Positions 10,078 to 20,873 are shown, counted from the first letter of the stretch. The stretch: 64,000 bases of DNA from Candidatus Hydrogenedentota bacterium (GCA_963668025.2 CAXXTH010000010.1:864001-928000); one strand, 5' to 3'. Notes: generated by a model not told the origin, from the sequence alone. Numbers and translations are program-made.

Positions 10078-11883
10078 TCACTGTCTGTTCTTCTCCTGTT
10101 CCGCGGCCCATAACTGGCGATAGGGGCCGTCCATGGCGCTTAAGCTTTCATGTTGTCCCTGCTGCACGCAAACGCCGTTTTCCATGACCAGGATTTCGTC
10201 AGCGTCTTGTACGGAAGCGATGTGATGCGTGATGACGATTCGTGTCCGGCCCTGTTCAATTTTCGCCAATTGCTTTAATATGAGGCCCTCGGTCACGGGA
10301 TCTAGCGCGGACGTGGCCTCGTCCAAAAAGAGGAAGCGGGGATCCCGAATGACGGCGCGTGCGATGGCGAGGCGTTGTTTTTGCCCCATCGAAAGATTTC
10401 CCCCCTCGAGAAGTACGGTATCCAATCCATTAGGCAATTCATCAAGAGTGGGGCGCAGTCCGGCGCAATCGATCGCGTGTTCCAATTCCTCATTCGTGGC
10501 GTGGATATTTCCCATTAGAATGTTGTCGCGGAACGTCGCGGAGAATAGGAAATTGTCTTGAAGCACAATGGCCACATGATGGAGATAGGACTTGAGCTGG
10601 ATGCCGCGCAGTTCCATGCCGTCAATCAAAATACGGCCTTGATGGGGATCCGAGAAACGCATCAGGAGATTGAAGATGGATGACTTTCCCGCACCGGATA
10701 CGCCGACAATGGCTAGTTTCTTTCCAGGTTCGAGATTGAAAGAGAGATCCTTGATGACATCCGGGCCTTCCGGTTGGTACCGAAAATGCACGTGCTCGAA
10801 TGCAATCGCTCCGAGCGAGTTCTTCAGGATGACGGGATTAGGCTGGTCTTGAATTTCAGGCGTTTGGTCGAGGGTTTGGAGCATGCGTTGTGCGGGCACG
10901 CAGGCCAGCCGGAATCGCTGGATGGTGTACACAAGCTGAATTAACGGCGCCATGACGAGCCAAATAAGCCCTTGGAGGGCGATATAATCGCCAATGGTCA
11001 TCTTTCCGTAGATGACGAGAGCGCCGCATAGCATGATGTACACGGCATGGCGCACGGTATCGTGAAGCACAACCGTGCCGTGCGACCACATATTATCCAC
11101 GACATAATAGGCCAGCCAGGCGCGCAGGAATCCCGCCAGCCGCCCGAAGTACCGCCGCAGTTCATGGCGTTCGCGGGACATAGCCTTGCTGATGGCGTAT
11201 GCCGATAGCCCTTCTTGAAGGATGGCCGAGACGTTTTGCTGGCGCATGCGGAGCTGGGTCTGAAACCGGTAGCCGTAGCTCATGAGTATGTGGGAGAACA
11301 GGTAATGCAGCGTGATGTAGACGGCGATAAGCTCCACTAATAATGGGTTCAGCGCGAACAGCAGCCCGAGGGTGGTGAGAATGGGAATAAGCCGCTCGAA
11401 GATCTCGGGCAAGGTGCTGATGGTGATATCGGTCGCCGCCGTCGAGTCGCTGTTGATCCGGTACATGTTTTCGCCAATGGGACGGGACTGATGAAAAGAC
11501 AACGACATGCGCTGGACATGCTCAAAGATGAGGCGTTTGAGTGTGAGGTCTACGCGCATCCGCACGAAGAGAGAGGATGTGGCCCAGCACAAAAGGAAGA
11601 TGAGCGATGCGAACGCCATGGCCAAAGACAATCCAGCCCAACCGAGAAAGCCCATCACATCGCCGCCCGCCAGCGTATCGATCACTTTGCCGACGGCCAG
11701 CGCCGCCAGCACTTCGACGACGGATTTCGCCTCCAGCACGACGACGCGCAGCAGGAGTTTGTCCCAGTAGGGCAAGGCAAACGGAACAAACCGCGCCACT
11801 AAGCGCAGAAAACCGGTTATCCCGCCGATAGCCGGTTCCGAGGCGTTTTGCGCGTTATCCGTGTGTTCGATTGCCGTGCTCAT
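10078..11883 (-). CDS. ABC exporter, fused permease/ATP-binding protein (probable heterodimer partner)
   Basis: Walker A GVSGAGKSS, LSMGQKQR, LFLDEATSALD; shares the LPYWDK N-terminal motif with its neighbour; start may be 11883 or 11922. Confidence 0.92.
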   Translation of the reverse strand: MSTAIEHTDNAQNASEPAIGGITGFLRLVARFVPFALPYWDKLLLRVVVLEAKSVVEVLAALAVGKVIDTLAGGDVMGFLGWAGLSLAMAFASLIFLLCWATSSLFVRMRVDLTLKRLIFEHVQRMSLSFHQSRPIGENMYRINSDSTAATDITISTLPEIFERLIPILTTLGLLFALNPLLVELIAVYITLHYLFSHILMSYGYRFQTQLRMRQQNVSAILQEGLSAYAISKAMSRERHELRRYFGRLAGFLRAWLAYYVVDNMWSHGTVVLHDTVRHAVYIMLCGALVIYGKMTIGDYIALQGLIWLVMAPLIQLVYTIQRFRLACVPAQRMLQTLDQTPEIQDQPNPVILKNSLGAIAFEHVHFRYQPEGPDVIKDLSFNLEPGKKLAIVGVSGAGKSSIFNLLMRFSDPHQGRILIDGMELRGIQLKSYLHHVAIVLQDNFLFSATFRDNILMGNIHATNEELEHAIDCAGLRPTLDELPNGLDTVLLEGGNLSMGQKQRLAIARAVIRDPRFLFLDEATSALDPVTEGLILKQLAKIEQGRTRIVITHHIASVQDADEILVMENGVCVQQGQHESLSAMDGPYRQLWAAEQEKNRQ

Positions 11884-12115
11884 CGTATTCCTTCGGGCCG
11901 CATTGCTACGAGGATATCCCATTCATTGGGCCAAATATATGAAAGCAAATCAGGGGTGGTGTTTTCTGGTATCGAATCACCAAATACACGCACGAAATCA
12001 TCAGGTGGAAGGAACCGCGAATGGACGCAAAGGAACGCGAATATGATGAGGATTCGTGGCAAGAGCAGGGCAATCTCATAAAAATACATCATTTCTTTTC
12101 TTTATAGCGGGAGAA

Positions 12116-12182
12116 TTAGCCACAAGAGGCAAAAGCACAAAAAATGTTCTTTTCTTGTGCACCTTGTGCCTTTTGTGGCTAA
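12116..12182. repeat. Palindromic periodic repeat element
   Basis: TTAGCCACAAGAGGCAAAAGCACAAAA ... CTTGTGCACCTTGTGCCTTTTGTGGCTAA. Confidence 0.6.
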
Positions 12183-12247
12183 ATCTGGGCTGTTTTTAAT
12201 GCGATTGCTCTGGTGGTATGAGCGTCCCGCCCATATGGAAAAGGCTG

Positions 12248-13125
12248 TCAGGTCGCCCGTTTTTTAAATTCACGGGGAGTCAGCTTATACGCCTTTTGGA
12301 ACTGCCGGGCGAAATAGCTGCTGTCGCTGAATCCACGGCATACGCCACATCCGTCACAGAACAGTTTTCGTCCCGCAAGAGGTCTCCCGCTTTGGTGAGG
12401 CGATACCGAATCAGGTATTTGATGGGCGAATCCCCATAATACTTCGCAAAGGTGCGAAGCAGGGTGTTTTTCGACATGCAGGCGATATCGGCCAGATGCT
12501 GCAAGGTAATATCGTCCTGGTAGTTGGATTCGATGTAGGAACGCACGCGCGACAAGCCCAGCAATTCGGGTGACGCCAGCGTCGCCTGTTCCACATAATT
12601 ACGCGAAAGGTAGCCGATCACCAGCGTCAAGTAGGCCCGCATCATGGATTCACAAGCTGGACGCCGGGCGCGATATTCCTCTTCCAGCGGGGCGAGGAGA
12701 TTATGGAACAGATAGAGCATCTGTTCCTTGGAAAGGCGGAATTTGCTTGTCAATCCGCGTTCGAGCCGGAAAGCGGGCTCCAGGTGGAAGAGGGCATGAA
12801 AGCCCGGCAAGTGCTGGAGGTCCGAATCGGCGATGTTATAGCGTTTAAAATCAAACATGACATTGCACAGATCGAGACCCTCGATATCATCGTATCCATG
12901 CACTTCATTTGGTGCGATGACAAACACGTCTCCCGATGCCAACGTATACTTATGATCATCCCCGAATAAATGAAGCCCATGCCCGTGCCGTACAATCACA
13001 AGCTCCGTGAAGTCATGAAAATGCATTTCAAACGAATGCTCAGGGAAAAGGCTATACTAGAGGCATAGCCATAGGCTGGGATCGATGCATCCTGGCGTAT
13101 CGCGAAACGTCCACAATCTAGCCAT
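12248..13125 (-). pseudogene. AraC family (RhaR/RhaS-like) regulator with an in-frame TAG and a frameshift in the second HTH
   Basis: Cupin motif HFHDFTELVIV. Adding one G near 12333 restores VAYAVGFSDSSYFARQFQKAYKLTPREFKK and a stop at 12248. ATG 13125 is in frame but followed by TAG at 13057-13059. Confidence 0.75.
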
Positions 13126-13359
13126 AGTGATTGATAATGTACGGATCCCCTGCGGCGTTTTCAACCGTCCAATCCATTCCGTGATTAACAGGAGAAGATG
13201 GACTCGATCTTGCAAGCACTATTTATCGGCGGAATGCTGCTCGAACGTCTGAATGCGCCCCCGAAACCAGGCTGTTTTGACTTTGGTGATATCATCCGGT
13301 TTTTCGATGACTTAATGCAAGAGGATGCAGAGGGCGGCGGTTATAATACATCATCGTAA

Positions 13360-15093
13360 ATGCATCATGAGTCGCGTATGTACAACCACGCTCCTCATCA
13401 GCAGAGAAGCAAGGACTTCACAAAATGCCAAACCGCTAATCTTTCGTATCGAGTGGGTTTCTTAGGCTGTCCGCCTTATCCTACGGTTGCCTGGAGCCGG
13501 GAGAATTACCAGCGCCTGAAGGAACTGGGATTCAACACGATTCAACTAAATATCGCCTGGGGGTACCGCCCGGGCGGCGAACCGCTGAATCTCGAGGATG
13601 TGATCGATGTGCCCGGGCATCTGGCCGGAGAGGCGAAGATGCAGGGCGATCAATCGCCTGAACGGCGCGCCCAGCGTCTGGCGGATTTGCATGAGCGGGC
13701 GCGGCTGGCCCAAGAATTTGGATTCCGCTCGATCTTCCATTTCGGTGCTCCGTATGTAGGGGATGTCAATATTGGCGATGCGCCTCCGAATTGTTTGCTG
13801 GACGGCCTGACGCCGGAGCGATGCGTATACCTGCTTCGGGAATTCGCAAAGGAATTCCCGGAGGTGGACGACATCCTTATCTATAATTATGACCAGCATG
13901 CGTGGCTTTGCAGCGAGTTTGGGCCTTGCCCGCGCTGCACCGGCGTCTCGTTGGCTGCCCGCGTGGTTCCTTTTCTCGAGGAGATGAAGTCCGTTTGGCG
14001 GGAGACGCATCCGGACGGGCGCTTATGGTGGGAGCCGTGGGAGATGTCCGCGGGCCAAGTCCAGCACTGTGTGTGCGCGATCACCCCGGAGGGCTTCGGC
14101 TTGGCGCTTCACTGCAACATCGCGGAAGTGATGACCACACTCCCGGCGGACCGGTGGCTCAAGAATACGGCGTTTCTCGCGGGTGAACGCGGAATCCCAG
14201 TTATTGCAGAGTACTTCCTCGGCGGGCCAAGTGAAGAGGTCGAGCCGTATCTGCATTTATCTCATCCATTGGCTACGTTTCGCGGCCTAAAACAACTCGC
14301 GCAAGCGCCTTATGTCAAAGGCATCAAGGAATACTTCGGCTTGATTCCCGACAAAGAGGATCCGAACCTGCGTATGACGGGCTTGTTCTTTAACCAGCAA
14401 GATATCAGCGAAGAGGAAGCCCTCGACAAACTGGCCGAACCGTATGGCGAAGCGGCGGAGGCCATGAAGCAGTTTTGGCGGCTCACGAGTGCGGCCATGG
14501 AGCTTTTCCCATGGGACACCTCGTGGCTGATCCGGGAGATTGGCAAGAGCGACCCTGTCCACTCGATGAGCGCGGCATTCATCCGGGGCGTTCCATGGCA
14601 CACTCCGAGCTGGATGTCCACGCGCCGGGCGATTTTCATGAAGGTGGATATGCAGGAAGAACCGGATGCATGGATGCTCGAGGATGTCCAGCTCCGGTGT
14701 GAGCTGGCGGCGGAACGGATGGAAAAAGCCCTCGAAATCGGACGTGAGTGCCAGAGCGCTGCGCCGACGGTTTTTGCGTCCAATTTCAAACAGAACCTGC
14801 TCGAGCTCGATGGCATGCGGCAGCGCACCCGGGCGTATGCCTATCATATCCGCGAGACAAACCTTGCTCATGTCATGCGATTGAGCCGTGAACAGGGGCT
14901 TCCGATTCCTGCGAGTATTCGTGATGAGATGCTGCGCGTGCTCGAAGCCGACCAGCACAACCAGGGACAAGACGAACCAATCGCAAAGGCCATTGATTTA
15001 CTCCGGCGGAATATGAACGAGTTTTTAGAACAATATTTCAAGGTGGTTCCGGATGGCGTCTCGAAGGGCTACTTCACGCTGACTTCCCGATAA
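13360..15093 (+). CDS. Uncharacterised putative TIM-barrel (glycoside hydrolase-like) protein
   Basis: 577 aa; LKELGFNTIQLNIAWG, WLCSEFGPCPRC; paralog of the next gene. Confidence 0.65.
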   Translation: MHHESRMYNHAPHQQRSKDFTKCQTANLSYRVGFLGCPPYPTVAWSRENYQRLKELGFNTIQLNIAWGYRPGGEPLNLEDVIDVPGHLAGEAKMQGDQSPERRAQRLADLHERARLAQEFGFRSIFHFGAPYVGDVNIGDAPPNCLLDGLTPERCVYLLREFAKEFPEVDDILIYNYDQHAWLCSEFGPCPRCTGVSLAARVVPFLEEMKSVWRETHPDGRLWWEPWEMSAGQVQHCVCAITPEGFGLALHCNIAEVMTTLPADRWLKNTAFLAGERGIPVIAEYFLGGPSEEVEPYLHLSHPLATFRGLKQLAQAPYVKGIKEYFGLIPDKEDPNLRMTGLFFNQQDISEEEALDKLAEPYGEAAEAMKQFWRLTSAAMELFPWDTSWLIREIGKSDPVHSMSAAFIRGVPWHTPSWMSTRRAIFMKVDMQEEPDAWMLEDVQLRCELAAERMEKALEIGRECQSAAPTVFASNFKQNLLELDGMRQRTRAYAYHIRETNLAHVMRLSREQGLPIPASIRDEMLRVLEADQHNQGQDEPIAKAIDLLRRNMNEFLEQYFKVVPDGVSKGYFTLTSR

Positions 15094-15123
15094 GTGTATA
15101 AGAAATATAAATATAGTACTATA

Positions 15124-15191
15124 ACGTCATTCCCGCGAAAGCGGGAATCCAGTGCATTCACCTTGGATCCCCGCTTTCGCGGGGATGACGT
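15124..15191. repeat. GTCATTCCCGCGAAAGCGGGAATCC-type palindromic element (RPE/dRS3-like)
   Basis: GTCATTCCCGCGAAAGCGGGAATCCAG ... TGGATCCCCGCTTTCGCGGGGATGAC. Confidence 0.8.
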
Positions 15192-15234
15192 CAGAGTAGT
15201 TAACTGAATAAACGATAAACAAGCGAGGAAAATC

Positions 15235-16879
15235 GTGATGTGTTTCCACAATGCATCTCCACATGACACGGAATTTACCGTTATCGGAATTGTCGGCAAT
15301 CCATCGAGCCCGGAGATCGAATGGTCCGACGAGCAACTGGCGAAGATAAAAGCCCTAGGCGTTAACACGCTTCAGCTCAGTATTGCCTGGGGAGGCAAGC
15401 CCGCCAACGAGGTGCTGAACCTGGAAGACCTGGACGCGGAGCAGCGGGCCACATTTGCATTCCGCATCCAACAAGCAAAAAAGTTCGGATTCCGCACACT
15501 GGCTCATTTTGGCGTGCCGAGGATGTTGAATTACACGCCCGTCCAGCCCGCTTGCATCATGGACCCCGCGGTTCGAGCAAAATATGCGGATCTTCTGGCG
15601 GATTTTTTGAAGACATTCCCCGATGTGCAGGATATTCTGATCTACACATTTGACCAGCAGGCGTGGCTGTGCAGCGAGTATGGGCCGTGCCCGCGCTGCA
15701 GCGGGCTTCCGTTGCACGAACGGCTCCCTGGTTTTCTCGATCATCTGAATGCGGCGATGCAGCAGCAACAGCCTGGCGTCCGGCTCTGGTGGAAACCTTG
15801 GGAATTAACCAAGGGCCAGACCCAGATGGTCGTGCAACAGGTGAATCCAGAACACTTCGGGCTGATGCTGAATCCGTCCACGAGCAATGAGGTGTATCCT
15901 TTCAATGACCGCTCCTTCAAATCCGACCTGGGCGTAAGGCGCTTGGTGAATATGGCCAAGTCGCGTGGCATTCCGGTGGTGGGCGAATTCGACCACACCC
16001 TCTATAAGGGGCTGTATCTGATAGCGGATTTCTTTCCCCGCTTAGTTTACGAGCAGGTGCAAGGCTGGAAAGAGATGGACGGCGTGGTGGGCATCAAGGA
16101 ATACTACGGCTTTGCGCCGTCCCAGTTCTCGGTGAATGCGGCCATGCTCCAGGCGTGCCTGCAATCGCCCGATGCGCCGCTTGAGCAATTGCTTCAGGAG
16201 GTGGCGGCTCCATATGGAGAGAAAGCGGCCTCTCTGATGATTCAGGCATGGGAGCAAGTCGCCCAGGGCGTCGAGGCGTATCCCTGGGACACCACGTATT
16301 TGATCGGCCCCATGGGCCTCGGCCGGCATAACGAGGGCTCGCAACGGATGGGAACCCGCCTCGATCCCCAATGGCACGTGGGATACGCCCATTTGGCAGT
16401 GCAACCGGCGGGCGAATTTCATGCTGACCCAGGAGCATAAAGCCCATCCCTGGCTTTTCGAGGATGCTGGATTGCGCCTCGATGATTCCGCCGCGCTGCA
16501 CTATGAAGCAGTCCATCTCTTCGATGAGGCCATTGCCGCCGGATCAAGCCAGGCGGATGATATCCGCATGCAACGGGAGTTTGTCTGGAACACGGCGCGT
16601 GCGTTGCGGGGAACATCACTGCATTTCCTCGAAACGCTGGCGGCCCAGGATGCGCGAATGGTCCAGCACGATGAACGGCAATGGCTGCTGGTGATCCAGC
16701 GGCTGGACGGCCTGCTGGCAAAGGACGTTGAGAACCAAGGCCATGCCGAATCGGTGGCTGGGAAGCTCGAGGCGTTCCGGAAAGATCCGAAGGCATGGCT
16801 GAGCGCCAACCTCAATCCCCGGACCTATGAATCCATCTGCACCATGGACTGGAGCAAATGGGTGCCGTCGATGAAATGA
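15235..16879 (+). CDS. Paralog of 13360-15093 with one frameshift near 16342
   Basis: KALGVNTLQLSIAWG, WLCSEYGPCPRC, GIKEYYG; after the shift GTWDTPIWQCNRRANFM aligns with GVPWHTPSWMSTRRAIFM of the paralog. Confidence 0.65.
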
Positions 16880-16948
16880 GGGCGCGCCCTAGGCGCTCGA
16901 ATCGCTCTAATATCCCCTGTTGTATAAAACCATGTAAACTACCTCGTA

Positions 16949-17012
16949 GACATTCCCACGAAAGCGGAAATCCAGTGCAAATTCCCTGGATCCCCGCTTT
17001 CGCGAGGATGAC
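16949..17012. repeat. Second, degenerate RPE/dRS3-like palindrome
   Basis: CATTCCCACGAAAGCGGAAATCCAGTGCA...TGGATCCCCGCTTTCGCGAGGATGAC. Confidence 0.75.
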
Positions 17013-17198
17013 AGGCAGGCGTTTTTACATTGTTTTTTCAGTACGTATGCACGATATATTCTTCCAGGAGCGGTAATGACGGAACTGCACCCGTATTTAT
17101 AATCAAACGCTAACAGATTCCTAGTAATTGACTCATGGGCGTAAACGATTATATTCCCAAATGAAAGGCTTCCCAAGTCTTTCTGAAGGGAATATGCC

Positions 17199-19694
17199 AT
17201 GAAAATCGACCTCCATTGCCATTCGAAACACTCGAAACGCCCAGCGCTCTGGTTAATGCAGAAACTCGGGTGTCCCGAGAGCTTCACCGAGCCAGTGGCG
17301 CTGTATCATTTGGCGCAGCGGCTGGGGATGGAACAGGTCACCATCACCGATCACAATGTCATTGACGGCGCACTCGAGATCGCCCATTTGCCCAATACGT
17401 TCATCGGCTGTGAATACACCACCTATTTCCCCGAAGACCGGTGCAAAGCGCATGTACTCGTCTATCAGCAGACAGAGGCGCAGCACCGGGAACTCACGGA
17501 AGCGCGGGAGAATATTTTCGACCTGGTGGAATACCTTCACCAGCACAGGCTGCCGCATATCTGCGCCCACCCGTTGTTTTGGGTGAATGACCGCTTGACG
17601 CTCGAACATGTGGAAAAGCTAGTCTTATTGTTCAAGAACTGGGAATGGAATGGCGATATATGCCCCGGCATGAACAGCGTCGTCCGGCGCTTGGTGGAAG
17701 GATTCACGGCGGAAGATATCGAGCGGCTGGCCAATACGCATGGATTCGCGCCCTTGTATGGCGAGGCATGGAAGAAGAACCTAACGGCAGGCTCAGACGA
17801 CCATAGTTCGCTCCACTTGGCGCGCTCGTATACGGAAGTGCCTAACGCCACAACGCTCGAAGAATTCTGGTCGGGAGTCGAGCATGGCCAGGCCCGCGTC
17901 CGCGTCCAGGACGCCTCGCCCCAAATGTTCGCGCGCAATGTATACGCCATTGCTTACCAGTTCTATAAAGGAAGCCTTGGCCTCGAACGGTATGTGCATC
18001 GAGATATCTTGTTGCGTTTTTTGGACCGTGCGCTGCAAGCGCGGCATGAAGAATCGGAGCCATGGCTTACATGGCTGCACCTGTTTTTATCGAGCAAGCT
18101 GCGTTCCAAAATCCCCAGCGAAGGCTCCCTACTTGAACTGGCGCGCACGGAAGCAGAAAAACTAATCCTTCAGCAGCCACAACTTATGGCCCTCGTGCGA
18201 GACGGCGCCAATAAAAGTGGCGACCTGGATGGGCATTGGTTTGAGTTCGTGAACCAAGTGTCGAACCGGGTGCTAGCGCATTTCGGGAATCATTTGCTCG
18301 AACGCTTGGTGAAAGCGCGCCTGTTTGACATGTTCCATTCGATAGGTTCTGCGGGCTCGTTGTATGTGCTGCTCGCGCCCTATTTCGTGTCGTTTTCACT
18401 CTTCACGAAACAGCGGCAATTCGCGCAGCACGTATTCGAGCATTTCCAAAGCGCGGAGGCGCACAGCGCCGCATCTGGCGAGCATGCGCGCGTAGCCCAT
18501 TTTACGGATACCTTCCACGATGTAAACGGCGTGGCGCGGACGCTTCAACAGGAAGTCGAAACGGCGCTCGAACTGGGCAAGGATTATACGGTCATCACCT
18601 GCCACACGGAGCGCATCTACCAGCGCGGCGTGCGGCAATTCATGCCCGTCGGCTCCTACCGCATCCCCGAGTATCCCGAGTTGAATCTGCTTATGCCGCC
18701 CTTCCTGCAAATGCTTAGCGCCTGCTACGAAGAGCAATACACCCACCTCCATGTCTCGACGCCAGGGCCAGTGGGCCTGGCCGCCCTTGGCATCGCGCGC
18801 GTCCTGAATTTGCCCATTTCGGGCACCTACCATACGGCGTTTCCCCAATACATCAAAGCCCTGACGGAAGACAGTTACGTCGAAGATCTGGCGTGGAAAT
18901 ACATGCTGTGGTTCTACAATCAATTGGATGCGATCTATGTGCCATCGCGTGCTACAGGCGCGGAATTGGTGGAGAAAGGCATCGCCGCCGACAAGATACA
19001 CATCTACCCACGAGGCGTTGATACTCAGCATTTCCACCCCAGTAAGCGCAATGGTTTTCTGGGAGAACGATTCGGCATGAGCGGCCCTGAGCCGGTGTTG
19101 CTGTATGTGGGCCGGATATCGAAAGAGAAGAATGTCCATCGGCTTGCCCAGGCATTCGCCTTATACCGCCAAAAGGGCGGACAAGGCCGGCTGGCCGTGG
19201 CGGGCGATGGGCCTTTCCGGGAAGAGATGGAAGCCATGCTGGCGGGCAAGCCGGTGGCGTTCACCGGCTATCTCGAAGGAGAAGACCTTGCCCGGCTGTA
19301 TGCATCATGCAGCGTATTCGTGTTTCCTAGCTCCACGGATACCTTCGGCAACGTCGTGCTCGAGGCGCAGGCCTCGGGGCTGCCGGTCATTGTCACGGAC
19401 CAAGGCGGCCCATCGGAGAGCATCCTGCCTGGACGGACTGGCCTGGTGGTGGAAGCAGGAAACGTGGAAGCCTTGGCGCAGGCGATGCTGGAGCTCACGG
19501 AAGATGAAGAACGCCGGGAAGCCATGGGCCGGGCCGCACGCGCCCACCTCGAGTCCAGGGGATTCGAGGCGGCCTTCGAACAGCTCTGGACTCTTTATAC
19601 CGGTGAAGAGGCGAAGCCGGAAGAGCATCCCCCGAGCCTGGACGCCCTGTTTGATATTTTTGGAGGCAAACAACCCCATATGGCCTTGTATTGA
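17199..19694 (+). CDS. PHP-domain phosphoesterase fused to a GT4 glycosyltransferase
   Basis: DLHCHSKHS, ITDHN, AHP, GSDDH (PHP); FTDTFHDVNGV, YVGRISKEK, DTFGNVVLEAQASGLPV (GT4). Confidence 0.85.
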   Translation: MKIDLHCHSKHSKRPALWLMQKLGCPESFTEPVALYHLAQRLGMEQVTITDHNVIDGALEIAHLPNTFIGCEYTTYFPEDRCKAHVLVYQQTEAQHRELTEARENIFDLVEYLHQHRLPHICAHPLFWVNDRLTLEHVEKLVLLFKNWEWNGDICPGMNSVVRRLVEGFTAEDIERLANTHGFAPLYGEAWKKNLTAGSDDHSSLHLARSYTEVPNATTLEEFWSGVEHGQARVRVQDASPQMFARNVYAIAYQFYKGSLGLERYVHRDILLRFLDRALQARHEESEPWLTWLHLFLSSKLRSKIPSEGSLLELARTEAEKLILQQPQLMALVRDGANKSGDLDGHWFEFVNQVSNRVLAHFGNHLLERLVKARLFDMFHSIGSAGSLYVLLAPYFVSFSLFTKQRQFAQHVFEHFQSAEAHSAASGEHARVAHFTDTFHDVNGVARTLQQEVETALELGKDYTVITCHTERIYQRGVRQFMPVGSYRIPEYPELNLLMPPFLQMLSACYEEQYTHLHVSTPGPVGLAALGIARVLNLPISGTYHTAFPQYIKALTEDSYVEDLAWKYMLWFYNQLDAIYVPSRATGAELVEKGIAADKIHIYPRGVDTQHFHPSKRNGFLGERFGMSGPEPVLLYVGRISKEKNVHRLAQAFALYRQKGGQGRLAVAGDGPFREEMEAMLAGKPVAFTGYLEGEDLARLYASCSVFVFPSSTDTFGNVVLEAQASGLPVIVTDQGGPSESILPGRTGLVVEAGNVEALAQAMLELTEDEERREAMGRAARAHLESRGFEAAFEQLWTLYTGEEAKPEEHPPSLDALFDIFGGKQPHMALY

Positions 19695-19727
19695 GTTGGA
19701 TGGCTCAACGGCATCCCATGAGATGCT

Positions 19728-20873
19728 TCAGGCGAATTTGACGACGACCAGCTTGCCTTTGGCTTTCAACTTCTCCGCGAGCAACGGTACGATGGTGAGC
19801 CGGGGCAAGATGCCCTGTTGGCGGAAGCTGATGTCATCGGCGGCGATGTTTGGGGCGCGGCCGACGAAGAAGTTGACGCGGTCGGCGTTTTTGAGCAACT
19901 CCGACAACATGGATACGCCGGAATGGGCCTCGTAGTTTTCTGGGTCTTCTTCCAGTATGTTGTACACTTGGTTTAGCGTCACTGCGCCCTCAGTGACCAG
20001 ATCCACGCCCTCCAAGCTGTAGTATGGCGGTGCGATGGTGTTGAGAGAATCGGTGGACACTTCGAGTTTCTTGTCCAGGTATTGCGACACGATTTTCGCC
20101 GTGGTCGCACCGCAGATCACTTTCGGGCCGGAATTGGACATGAATTCGCGGGCAGCGGCGTAGTCATGACGCTTGTTCACCGGCGGGCCCGTGAAGATGG
20201 TCACTTCGCGACCTTCGCGGCACAAGGCGGCGCACACGGTGCAATCATCGCCTGGCGCGCCCGCCCAATACTGCCGTGCCTGGCGATGGATATACGTGGG
20301 CAATTCAGCCAGCGGCGTGCGGTTAAGGATGAGGTCGCGGGCATGGTGGCACACGCCCTTTTCGCCCCAGCCTTCGTCCAGGCCCATGCCAAGCCCGGCC
20401 TGGGTAATGCCGTCGCTCATGAGCAGAATGGCCTCGCCCGGTTCGAGGAAGCAGCTCGCTTCGCCCACGGTAGCGCCTTCCAAATCCATCACGCGCTGGC
20501 GCAGTGGCGACGCGGAGTGGTAGGTGAGCAGCAGCGGCGGCGGCGCATCATACGTCAGGATAGTGGTCTCGCCATTGGGCATGAAGCGGGCGATATTGAA
20601 GGCCGCATAGGGCAAGCCCGGCAGGCGGGCGGCATTCATCGTCTGCACGATAGCCGCGAAGGCCTCGCGCAACGAGAAGCCTTCGCGGATCAAGCCGAGA
20701 AGGCGGCTGGCGCTCACCGTGGCGGCGAGGTTGGCCTTGATGCCCGAGCCTAAGCCGTCCGCGCACAGCACCAAGGTCGAATCCTCGGCGCGGTCCACCC
20801 GCACCAAGTCGCCGCACACGCCGCCATGCTTGGCGCTTTGGACGGTGCTTACTTCGATGTGCCGGTATCCCAA
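19728..20873 (-). CDS. SpoIIE/PP2C-type Ser/Thr phosphatase (HfsC-like)
   Basis: CGD, ADGLGSGIKAN, MSDGITQAG, GDDCTV; follows the PAS-hydrogenase gene. Confidence 0.85.
   Translation of the reverse strand: MGYRHIEVSTVQSAKHGGVCGDLVRVDRAEDSTLVLCADGLGSGIKANLAATVSASRLLGLIREGFSLREAFAAIVQTMNAARLPGLPYAAFNIARFMPNGETTILTYDAPPPLLLTYHSASPLRQRVMDLEGATVGEASCFLEPGEAILLMSDGITQAGLGMGLDEGWGEKGVCHHARDLILNRTPLAELPTYIHRQARQYWAGAPGDDCTVCAALCREGREVTIFTGPPVNKRHDYAAAREFMSNSGPKVICGATTAKIVSQYLDKKLEVSTDSLNTIAPPYYSLEGVDLVTEGAVTLNQVYNILEEDPENYEAHSGVSMLSELLKNADRVNFFVGRAPNIAADDISFRQQGILPRLTIVPLLAEKLKAKGKLVVVKFA

Noticed and set aside
13057-13059. In-frame TAG as a sign of stop-codon recoding or pyrrolysine
   Set aside because: TAG terminates other genes normally (6093, 32184, dapL, cas1) and no pyl genes are present
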